Positions 1 to 8,200 of a DNA stretch of 20,000 bases are shown here, piece by piece. The notes beneath the pieces were generated by a model. The model saw only the letters and a program-made list of their open reading frames with translations, had not been told where the DNA came from and searched no databases. The translations under genes were made by a program, and so were the position numbers. The stretch's first letter is position 1, and each line of letters begins with the position of its first letter. The stretch lies in the IMG/VR virus record IMGVR_UViG_3300037804_000366, one strand, 5' to 3'. The stretch comes from an uncultured virus (IMG/VR IMGVR_UViG_3300037804_000366) (lineage: Duplodnaviria > Heunggongvirae > Uroviricota > Caudoviricetes).

Positions 1-995
1 ACTTAGTTGTAGATGATACGACGCTCAGTCAATTGGAGGCTTCGCTAAATAATGCGAAAGAACCGGGAGTAAAGGCAAAGCTTAACCACAGGACTGGCGT
101 GGAGGCTATATTTGGTCACGTAAATAATATACACAGGTGTGGAGAGAAGCTTAAAGGTGACCTGCATTTGTTAAAAACGCATAAGGATTATGACCACACG
201 ATAGAATTGCTTGAAACTATGCCAAGTCAAATTGGTCTTTCAGTAGCATTTCAGGGAGACAAAGAAGTCGGTGCGGATGGAAGAGTGTTTGCGAGATGTA
301 AAAACATAGTCTCAGTAGATTTAGTAACCGATCCAGCGGCCAATCCCGATGGATTATTTGAAGCAAAAGTTGACAACATTAACTTAGATATGGACGACGA
401 AAATAACGAATCGAACATCGAAGACCGCTTGGCGGAAATCGAAGGGTTTCAAAGCGACCTCGCAGAAGCCATAGAAGAAGCCGCAGCTTTGGATGAGATG
501 GAAGAAGCTGGTGGCGAGGACTATGACTACGAAGACGAGGACTATTCCGAGGAGTATGACGACTCTGGTGAGTATGACGACTCAGAAGAGCTGGTAGGAG
601 CGGAGGCAATGGAGTACTCTGAGCCATCCAGCGTCGAAGAAGTCATGCAGTATTTTGAAGAAAAAGCACAAGGCGCACTAGAGGCCGAGCGAAACATTCG
701 TGAAGAGCATCAGTTTAGTCGTGTGAACGACAAAGTTGATGGACTTATCGAGTTTGCTAAGGAGCTTGAAGAAGAAAACGAACTTCTTCGTGAAGCACTA
801 GAAGAGTCTGGTGTCGCACCACTTACGCCGGGTAAGGGTGAGCTTTTCGGATTTGAAGCAAATGAAGGTACTTTTGAGTTTCAGGTGCAGAACGCTGATG
901 CCAAGAACAAGCCTGATGCTATTCGTAACGCCATCGAGACTGACCCACGTGGTCATCGTGAGTGGCTTATTCAGCAAGGAGTTTTCTCTAACTAA
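1..995 (+). CDS. Prohead protease fused to an acidic scaffold region (5' partial)
   Basis: Frame is open from position 3 (LVVDDTTLSQLEA...), so the gene starts upstream of the window. It has KLNH, IGLSV and SVDLVTDPAANPDGLF motifs typical of phage prohead serine proteases, an acidic/coiled-coil C-terminal half, and lies directly upstream of the decoration and capsid genes. Confidence 0.8.
   Translation, partial: LVVDDTTLSQLEASLNNAKEPGVKAKLNHRTGVEAIFGHVNNIHRCGEKLKGDLHLLKTHKDYDHTIELLETMPSQIGLSVAFQGDKEVGADGRVFARCKNIVSVDLVTDPAANPDGLFEAKVDNINLDMDDENNESNIEDRLAEIEGFQSDLAEAIEEAAALDEMEEAGGEDYDYEDEDYSEEYDDSGEYDDSEELVGAEAMEYSEPSSVEEVMQYFEEKAQGALEAERNIREEHQFSRVNDKVDGLIEFAKELEEENELLREALEESGVAPLTPGKGELFGFEANEGTFEFQVQNADAKNKPDAIRNAIETDPRGHREWLIQQGVFSN
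370..392 (+). promoter_or_regulatory. TTGACA-N14-ATG box, copy 1 (at putative internal scaffold start)
   Basis: TTGACA acattaacttagat ATG; the ATG at 390 is in frame with the protease ORF, just after the end of the protease domain. Confidence 0.55.
390..995 (+). CDS. Putative nested scaffolding protein (internal in-frame start)
   Basis: MDDENNESNIEDRL... starts at the protease/scaffold boundary and is preceded by the repeated box. Nested scaffolds are established for lambda C/Nu3 and Mu I/Z. Confidence 0.5.
   Translation: MDDENNESNIEDRLAEIEGFQSDLAEAIEEAAALDEMEEAGGEDYDYEDEDYSEEYDDSGEYDDSEELVGAEAMEYSEPSSVEEVMQYFEEKAQGALEAERNIREEHQFSRVNDKVDGLIEFAKELEEENELLREALEESGVAPLTPGKGELFGFEANEGTFEFQVQNADAKNKPDAIRNAIETDPRGHREWLIQQGVFSN
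552..583 (+). repeat. Short in-frame direct repeat (14 bp, 18-nt period)
   Basis: GAGTATGACGACTC at 552 and 570, encoding EYDDSG-EYDDSE. Confidence 0.85.
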
Positions 996-1011
996 AGGAG
1001 TTTAAAATATT

Positions 1012-1389
1012 ATGAATCATAACGGAGTAATTTCTTTACCATTAAAGACGGGAGAAACTTTGGTAGCTGGTGAAGCTATTGAAATTCACAACAACTCTCA
1101 AGTCCCTGAAGCTAAGTCAAACACTAATATTGATAAAGCCATTGGCGTCATACTACAAGATGCCAAACAAGCTGATTCTAATTTGCCTGCAGCTGTTCAA
1201 CTATATAGTGCTGGTGGTTGTGCCCTTGCTCTTATGGTTGGCGCTTGTAACGTGGGTGATGTGATTTACGTCGGTACGTCTGGAAAGCATACTGCTTCCA
1301 AGGGGTCAAACAAAGCCATCGGGGTCGCCTTAGAAGAATCTACCGGCGCAGACGATGTCGTTCGTGTAGCTCTAGGGTTTGCCGTTTAA
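1012..1389 (+). CDS. Capsid cement / head decoration protein (DUF2190-like)
   Basis: 125 aa between scaffold and capsid genes; AIGV..QDA, VGDVIYV, AIGVALE and DVVRVAL pattern; AAGGAG Shine-Dalgarno upstream. Confidence 0.75.
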   Translation: MNHNGVISLPLKTGETLVAGEAIEIHNNSQVPEAKSNTNIDKAIGVILQDAKQADSNLPAAVQLYSAGGCALALMVGACNVGDVIYVGTSGKHTASKGSNKAIGVALEESTGADDVVRVALGFAV

Positions 1390-1408
1390 TTTGAAAGGAT
1401 AATTTATC

Positions 1409-2416
1409 ATGTATCAAAACACTGCAGCTATCATTCGCCACGACTTAAATGCTTTCGTTGAGGAAGCGGCCAAGTCCGATGAGCATCTTTTTGGAAACAA
1501 AATTTTGCCGACGTATTCTACAAACGCTCGCGCCGGAATTTATCCAAGGATTGAAATCGCTTCTGGCGAACTTCTTAAAAAGGATTCGACTCTTCGCGCT
1601 CCAACCGGTACTTACAACGAAACGACTCGTAAGTTCAAGACAGCAACTTATGAGTGCTTGGATCGTGGTCTTGAGGAACGTATTGATGACGTCCTCGTAA
1701 AAGACTATGACAAGTTCTTCGACGTTGAGGTTCTTACTTCAAAGCTCATCATGCGTACTTTGAAGATGGATTACGAATCACGCGTATTTGGAGTACTTCA
1801 AGGTTCCGGAAACACTTCCACAATTACGGCAAGGGCTGCGGACTACAGGAGTACCGCTCTTGGTACTACTCAATGGGGTCAAGAAGCTGAGATCGCCGAA
1901 TGGGATTTCGCAAAGGTTCTTATGGATGCCATTAAGTCCATGACCAAGCTTGGTGAAACTCCAAACACCTTGGTTTTGTCTTCCACTCAATGGAACTACA
2001 TTCGTCGACTCTCTAAGCTTAACACCTTCCTTTATGGTAACCTTGGTTCCGGAGTTGGGTACAAGCTCATCAACGATACCGACATTGGAAAAGCATTTGG
2101 AATTAAGAATGTTTACATCACGCATTCCTATGTTGATGGCGCAGGTCGTATGTCCAGTTCCACTAGCCTCTCAGCTATGTGGGATAAACAAAAAGCTTGG
2201 CTTGGTAACGTCCAAGGAGGCGAGATCAGCGGAGGCGGATTTGGTAGAACTTTCGTATGGTCGAAAGACGGCGGATTGTTCAACACCGAAACCTATCGTT
2301 CTGAGCCACGTCGAGGAGACATGATCCGAGTACGTCATCACACATCCGAGCTTGTCGTAAATGGCAATGCTGGATGCTTGATCGACTTTGGTTCTGGCAA
2401 CACTTGGACAGACTAA
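1409..2416 (+). CDS. Major capsid protein (HK97 fold, lambda gpE-like)
   Basis: 335 aa; KILP, TLRAPTG and PNTLVLS...W motifs; position after the decoration gene; AAGGA SD upstream; strong terminator downstream. Confidence 0.85.
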   Translation: MYQNTAAIIRHDLNAFVEEAAKSDEHLFGNKILPTYSTNARAGIYPRIEIASGELLKKDSTLRAPTGTYNETTRKFKTATYECLDRGLEERIDDVLVKDYDKFFDVEVLTSKLIMRTLKMDYESRVFGVLQGSGNTSTITARAADYRSTALGTTQWGQEAEIAEWDFAKVLMDAIKSMTKLGETPNTLVLSSTQWNYIRRLSKLNTFLYGNLGSGVGYKLINDTDIGKAFGIKNVYITHSYVDGAGRMSSSTSLSAMWDKQKAWLGNVQGGEISGGGFGRTFVWSKDGGLFNTETYRSEPRRGDMIRVRHHTSELVVNGNAGCLIDFGSGNTWTD

Positions 2417-2440
2417 GATTTCTACACCACACTTCTATCA

Positions 2441-2472
2441 AAGAGGGTCACTCATCGAGTGGCCCTTTTTGT
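2441..2472 (+). terminator. Rho-independent terminator after the capsid gene
   Basis: Stem AGGGTCACTC, loop ATC, stem GAGTGGCCCT (one G-U pair), followed by TTTTGTT. Confidence 0.85.
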
Positions 2473-2480
2473 TGTGTAAA

Positions 2481-2503
2481 TTGACAGCTAGACTATATGT
2501 ATG
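2481..2503 (+). promoter_or_regulatory. TTGACA-N14-ATG box, copy 2
   Basis: TTGACA gctagactatatgt ATG, immediately after the capsid terminator, where transcription would need to restart. Confidence 0.55.
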
Positions 2504-2572
2504 GAAGGTATATCAATAAGGTGTGTAACTCACGGGGTACATTGCGCGTCTAAAACAGGCTCTTGTGTATGA
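2501..2572 (+). CDS. Small 23-aa ORF (MEGISIRCVTHGVHCASKTGSCV), absent from the ORF track
   Basis: Starts at the ATG of box copy 2; its TGA overlaps the next gene's ATG (ATGA, 2569-2572), the usual translational coupling arrangement. Confidence 0.45.
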   Translation: MEGISIRCVTHGVHCASKTGSCV

Positions 2573-2901
2573 ATAATTTCAACAAGTGTATGGATCTCGC
2601 TAATGGTTCGGCGTTTACGCAAATGGGAGAAACCATTGTAATCAACGATACGGAGTACCCTGCGATCTATGATCCAATAGAGAGAGATGAAAAAAGAATA
2701 CTTGGTGGCAGGGATAATAAGCTTGCCACGAATGTATTTCTACTCAAGACGGATATAATACCCAAGATTGGAGACCGACTAGAGTTCACTCAAAACTCCA
2801 TAGTCTTCAAGGGGCGCATCTTAAATATCATTGATGACGATACCGATTTATTAACCCTACAGGTCTCAGGACTTCTAACAGGAGTAGTGCCACGTGTTTA
2901 G
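2569..2901 (+). CDS. Head-tail joining / head closure protein (gpFII-like)
   Basis: About 110 aa; GETIVIN...YPAI and PKIGDRLEF...GRILNI pattern of head-closure proteins; synteny. ATG at 2569 preferred over TTG at 2563. Confidence 0.6.
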   Translation: MNNFNKCMDLANGSAFTQMGETIVINDTEYPAIYDPIERDEKRILGGRDNKLATNVFLLKTDIIPKIGDRLEFTQNSIVFKGRILNIIDDDTDLLTLQVSGLLTGVVPRV

Positions 2902-3172
2902 TGTAAACTTACAGCAATATAAAAACGAAGTTAATAAAGACATTAACGGCATATTGGCTGAGTATGAGAAGCAGGTGAAAATCTCAAAAAAGAAAATCAA
3001 AGAGATCGAAGCCAGCAAAAAGACTATAGCCGCGACACAGGATCAAGCTACCAACGAAAACCAAAAGGCATTGCGTAAGGTTATTGGAAAAGATACGAAA
3101 AGCGAAGCTATTGACCTTGTTAAGAAAAATATGGAGAAAATTCAAAAGATAGAGGTAGGCGATGACGGCTGA
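2894..3172 (+). CDS. Hypothetical Lys-rich helical protein in neck-gene position
   Basis: 92-aa ORF overlapping both neighbours; coiled-coil-like composition. Confidence 0.55.
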   Translation: MFSVNLQQYKNEVNKDINGILAEYEKQVKISKKKIKEIEASKKTIAATQDQATNENQKALRKVIGKDTKSEAIDLVKKNMEKIQKIEVGDDG

Positions 3173-3845
3173 AATTAATGACCCATATCATACCGACCCA
3201 AGGCGGATGACTGAACAGATACTTTGCGAGGTATTAAACAACTATGCAAAGGGGGCTGTGTTTCACCCATCAAATGCGGATACCCAACAAGAGCTTCCAT
3301 TTGGATCTGTGTATGTGGAAGAATCTTTGCCTACCATTGGAGATAGATCTCCGCGAGCATACTTGATGAGCATTAAGGTCGTTTACGTTAGTCATATAAA
3401 TGAGGTTGGCTCGCAGCTCCATTCTGAGAACGTTTCAAGAATACAGGATGGGCTAAACACGGTTGCAAATAAACAGTACACGGAATCATACTTGCGCCAA
3501 TATGATCTTCATAGTGGCAAGTGTAAAGTAATGGCAAGAACAGGACATTTGTATTTTGAGGACTTAGATGTCACGAGAGTCGCGAAGGGAGACTATTGCG
3601 AACTTACTATAAATAAAGATTTGAAAGAAGTAGCTAGAGTTGACCATATAAGCAAAACCCCAAGCAAGAAGTATTTAGCAACCGACAAAACATACAGTCG
3701 AGCGAAGAATAACGTGCCGTGTAGAATATACAGAGACATCCTAAAAATTGACGGAATTCACGTAGAAAGCATAGGCTCTTCGCAAGAAGATTTTTCATAT
3801 GGTGATGTATTCAGTATAAGGGCTGGAGTCATTACTTGCTTATAG
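3162..3845 (+). CDS. Putative tail terminator / completion protein with an internal insertion
   Basis: Directly upstream of the tube-like genes; N-terminal helix, ELPFGSVYVEE strand and a terminal strand fit this class; longer than usual. Confidence 0.5.
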   Translation: MTAEINDPYHTDPRRMTEQILCEVLNNYAKGAVFHPSNADTQQELPFGSVYVEESLPTIGDRSPRAYLMSIKVVYVSHINEVGSQLHSENVSRIQDGLNTVANKQYTESYLRQYDLHSGKCKVMARTGHLYFEDLDVTRVAKGDYCELTINKDLKEVARVDHISKTPSKKYLATDKTYSRAKNNVPCRIYRDILKIDGIHVESIGSSQEDFSYGDVFSIRAGVITCL

Positions 3846-3868
3846 TTGACAAGGAAAACATAGATATG
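3846..3868 (+). promoter_or_regulatory. TTGACA-N14-ATG box, copy 3
   Basis: TTGACA aggaaaacatagat ATG fills the whole intergenic gap; shares GTTGACAA-N4-AAC-N-TAGATATG with copy 1. Confidence 0.55.
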
Positions 3869-4258
3869 CCATTAACTAAACTTACAGGAGACCCGGATTA
3901 CGTATTCGGAATTGATGACGAGAGCCAAGAAGTGGAGGCTATAATCGTAGAATCCTACTCTAAGGAGACTACGGTAGAGTTTGAAGCCGAAGCTAAGGAT
4001 GACACGGGAAACACGGCATGTGTTGTTCGTGGGCCACTAAAGCACACTTTTAATTTCTCAGGCTATTGTAAGTCTGGAAAGTTGCTTACCGCTTTTAGTG
4101 GTAGTAATTGCAAGGTGTCCTTTAAGGATGCGGAGCTTGGTAATATAGACGAAGCTTTTGTAGAAAAGTTCGGAATCAATGCTTCTAATACGGACTTTAA
4201 AAAAGCAGAACTAACCGCTGTGTTTTACCCAGACGGTAAGGTTTGTTGCGCAGATTAA
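3866..4258 (+). CDS. Putative tail tube (major tail) protein 1
   Basis: 130 aa, beta-rich, upstream of chaperone and tape measure genes; motifs YVFGI, EAKDDTG, SNTDFKK. ATG at 3866 preferred over TTG at 3836. Confidence 0.55.
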   Translation: MPLTKLTGDPDYVFGIDDESQEVEAIIVESYSKETTVEFEAEAKDDTGNTACVVRGPLKHTFNFSGYCKSGKLLTAFSGSNCKVSFKDAELGNIDEAFVEKFGINASNTDFKKAELTAVFYPDGKVCCAD

Positions 4259-4276
4259 TACACGGAGGAATTTAAA

Positions 4277-4624
4277 ATGGCTAGTACTTGTAATGGATAT
4301 ATATATGGGGTTGATGGAAACATCAGCGGTATTAAGGTAGAAACCCAAAACGCTGACACCGGACCGCAGTATGTCGCGGAAGCGAAAGACGCGTGTGGTC
4401 GCACGAAGGCTATTAAGCTTGGTAAGCACACGGGTACTTGTACTGTAGGTGGTTACTTTTTTAAGCAGTTGCCCACGGTAAACTCAAAGGTTATTATTTC
4501 GGGTCGTACATTTTTTATCGACAAAGTTAGCAAGAGCCAGAGCAACACCGAATTTCAAAAATGTGAAATGACTGGAAAGTTCTGGGAAGGCGTTGATACA
4601 ATAGGCCAGACTAATAACTGTTAA
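4277..4624 (+). CDS. Putative tail tube-like protein 2 (paralog of the previous gene)
   Basis: Motifs YIYGV, EAKDACG and SNTEFQK are collinear with those of the upstream protein; GGAGG SD. Confidence 0.55.
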   Translation: MASTCNGYIYGVDGNISGIKVETQNADTGPQYVAEAKDACGRTKAIKLGKHTGTCTVGGYFFKQLPTVNSKVIISGRTFFIDKVSKSQSNTEFQKCEMTGKFWEGVDTIGQTNNC

Positions 4625-4628
4625 TGAT

Positions 4629-5240
4629 GTGGCTCTTGATGAAAAGTTCGCAGAGGCTTTTGTTAATCTTGAGAGTCATCGAGTATTAGGATACAAGCTA
4701 CAGCCATTTTCTATATGGCATAGGTTTTTATTGGAGTTTTTTGATTCTCCAATAATTACAGAAACAAACGACTCAGGCGGAATCGAGGACGTATTAAAGG
4801 CAATACAGATATGTCGCGTCACATACCCCCACTACCCAAAGAAACAAGGGCTTTTAAGTAAGCTTGCGATTCTTTGTCGCAGCTGGCAAATAGAAATCCA
4901 AGCAAATCGGTTTATGGCGTATATTGAAGACTATGCGTCGTTTCCAGAATTGTGGGACAAAGAAGATTCTGATGGGAAAACCTCTTCTGCTCCTGAATCT
5001 CTATCAATGGCTGTACAGCTAATGGAGTTAGGGTTTTCTGAAAAAGAAGCATGGGACATGCCTATAGGTAAAGCTTTTTGGTATTCCTCAATCTCCGCTT
5101 TGTTGAAGGGAGCTGAAATAGACTTCGTTACGGCAGAAGAACGTCAAATGCAGGAAAATAAAGACCAGATCCTTAAGGACATGGCTGAAGCGGAAAAAGC
5201 AATGAAAGCAAAAATGGCAGGACAAGCAAATGGCGTTTGA
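4629..5240 (+). CDS. Putative tail assembly chaperone
   Basis: 203-aa helical protein between tube and tape measure genes; C-terminal LGFSEKEAWDMPIG..FW resembles gpT-type chaperone ends. Confidence 0.55.
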   Translation: MALDEKFAEAFVNLESHRVLGYKLQPFSIWHRFLLEFFDSPIITETNDSGGIEDVLKAIQICRVTYPHYPKKQGLLSKLAILCRSWQIEIQANRFMAYIEDYASFPELWDKEDSDGKTSSAPESLSMAVQLMELGFSEKEAWDMPIGKAFWYSSISALLKGAEIDFVTAEERQMQENKDQILKDMAEAEKAMKAKMAGQANGV

Positions 5241-8200
5241 TTTTAAAACAGTATTTTCAACCGCAGGAGCGGATAAACTAAAGGCCGCGTTTGCTGGTGC
5301 GCTAGAGCCAGCTATGATATTTGCTTCAACCGGAAGTAAGTCAGCCGCGATATGGGGCGGTATGAAGTCAGTTATATTAAATAACGTACTAGGCCCCATG
5401 GCCTTGCTTTCTGGAGCTGTATTAGGAGTAATAGGTGCGGTAAAACTTTTGGTTGGAAATACTGAAATGCTTCGCAAGGGGATGCAGAAGCTCAAGCAAA
5501 TTGAATTTACTGAAGCTCAATTCAAAGGCTTATTAGGAGGAGTGGAGGTCGCGCGTGAGCGCGTGGAGTCTTTATATAAGTTTGCGAATGAAACTCCATT
5601 TCAAATGGGGCAGGTAGCGGAAGCTTCTCGTATGTTAGAGGTTTTGACGAAAGGAGCATTATCCACTACTGAAAATTTAAAGAAAATAGGTGATGCCGCA
5701 GCAACCGCAGGCGCTGATTTTAGTAATGTTTCTATGCACGTTGGTCGTATGTATGACGGCTTACAAAGTGGAAGACCAGTAGGAGAGTCGGCCGCGAGGC
5801 TTCAAGAGCTTGGGCTTATGAGCGGTCAAGCAAGAGCCAAGATAGAGGATATGACTAAGGCAGGAAATAGCTTTAGTGAAATATGGAAAGTTGTTTCTGA
5901 TGAACTTGAAAAGAATGAAGGCGGGATGAAAACGATGTCCCAGACCATCCAAGGTCTGGAGACGACCCTTGCCGACGCGCAAGATAAAATGCAGGCAGGA
6001 TTCGCGGAAGGCTTCATGGAGGCAGAAAAGGAATCACTTGAGCGAGCAAGATCCGTAGCTATCGCACTACAAGAGCCTTTAGAGAAGCTAGGAGAATTAT
6101 TTGGAGCAGTAGCTAAAGTCGGTAGTTGGGTCGCTGGTATATTTTTACGAATAGCTGGTGGGGCAAAAGGGTTAAGTACCGCCATTAACTTCGCCATTGA
6201 TGCGTTTTTAATGTTCGCCGCAGCAGTCATGGCCGCACAGGTATACACTATGGTGGCTGGGCTTCTCTCATTGAAAAGCGCGTTCTTAGCTTCTTCGCAG
6301 GGGGCGATAATGGCTTCCTCTTGGAATATGGTTCATACAAAAGGTGTATGGGCTTCGATTGTTGCACTTAAAGGACAATCATTAGCAAATAAGATGGCTG
6401 GTGCATCCGCGATACTCGCGGGGGGAGCTTATAAGTTGGCTTCCGTTTTAGTTAAAAGCTTTACGGGTGCTATTGCCGCATCTTTTAAAGTAATGCTGGC
6501 AAATCCAATAACCGCAGTTATTGCTGGCTTGGCTGCGCTTGCTGTTGGGATTTGGCAAGTCGTGAGCGCATATAACAAGGAGCAAGAAGCTGGAGCTAAA
6601 GTGCGTAAAGCCACCCAAGAGATTACTGATAAATACAAAGAGCAGGCTGCGGCAGTAACAACCGCGGCTGAAAAACTCTCTTTACTATCTTCTATGTATG
6701 AAGGGTTATCAAGTGCGTCAAAAGATTATGAAGCAGCATTAAAGGACGTCGAGGCGGGCGCGTTGTCTGGCTTACTAGGGACCGATTTCAATGAAGGTTT
6801 ACAGGCTGTGCAGGGGATGGAAGACCGCATGTATGCTATTGTTGCTCAGATGAGCAAGTTAAACCAAATGGAGAAATCGAGACTGAGGCTTTCGGAAGCT
6901 CGCCTAGCTTTAATGCAAAAGGAAGTTGAACTAAGTAAAGATTTAGCGAAGCAAGGATGGGATCAAAAAATGGCGAAGGCTAATCAAGCTGAACAAGTTT
7001 CTCTTCTCATACAAAGACAAAATGAACTTAATGAAAAAATAGCAAAGTCTTCCGTTGATAGAGAACATGAAGTAGCAAGCAAGGAGTATGACGATGAAAT
7101 TGGGGGCGACAAAGAAGTTAGAAAAGCCGAGATTGAAATAGAATTCGGCAAAAAAATAGCCGAACAGCGTGCGCTATCTGATCAAATGAGAGAGGGTAAA
7201 GATCCGGCAAACGTTGTTGAAGACTGGATGGCTACCGATGCTGGGCGTCAGGCCATGAGCGCAGCTGCGAAGGAAGACCCTGACCGGTATGTTCGTGGGA
7301 ACTTGGAACGGTACGGCAATGCGCTTTTAACGAACATGACCGGTGGCTTAAATGTGGCGTGGAGCGACACGGAAAGTACCGGAATGGATGTTTTCAAACA
7401 TGATCAATTTTTACAGGATACGCTGAAAAATGACAAACGCTTTAAGGGTGGTGGCTACAACAATGAAGCGGATTTGATTCAGCAAAAGGCCGATGCTATG
7501 GCCGCGATGGAGCGCGAATATGCTGAAGAAAAGGAACGGAAAACAGGTCTTGTAACTATAAAAAATGGACAGGTAGATTACGATACTGGAAGAACCAACC
7601 GACAAAAGGAAATGGGGCAGATCGCGGCCCTTGAAAGTACCCTACAAGCTGCGGCTCGCGGAGAGGATGAGGGTGGGATTTCAATGACTAAAAGAGATGT
7701 AAGTATTTTAGAAGACGCTAAAAAGCAATTAAAAGAAATGGTTAAAGATCATGAAGCCAATGTTAAAGAAGCCGACAATCTAGCTAATGCTATAGAAACA
7801 ATTCAGGACAACCTCATGGCTGCGGCAAATTTGCGTATAATTGATACGAATGAAATAGAGGAGTTGCGAAAAGTAACTAAGGAAACCTTAAATGCTGAGA
7901 AGGAAAAAGCGGCCATTATGATGAACGCAAATAAGGCGCGAATTGAAGCTCACAACCGCTCGTACGATAAGGGCGCCGGAAAGAGCAGGCAAAGAGCGGG
8001 GGATGACTTACGCGATAAGCAAGACAGGGCTGGCTTATTACAGGCAAAAATAGATGCTGGCGGGATGAGTCCAGATGACCTAGAGGACGCCTCAAGAGAA
8101 CTAAGCCAGCTTAACAGGGATATCATGACCCTAGAGGGAGTTCTAAAAACATTTGATGAAGCTGAAAAGAAAACAAAGAAGTGGATAGACGCTAATAAAA

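Noticed and set aside
5088..6638. Several minus-strand ORFs opposite the chaperone and tape measure genes
   Set aside because: Fully overlap strong + strand genes; compositions are those of shadow ORFs.
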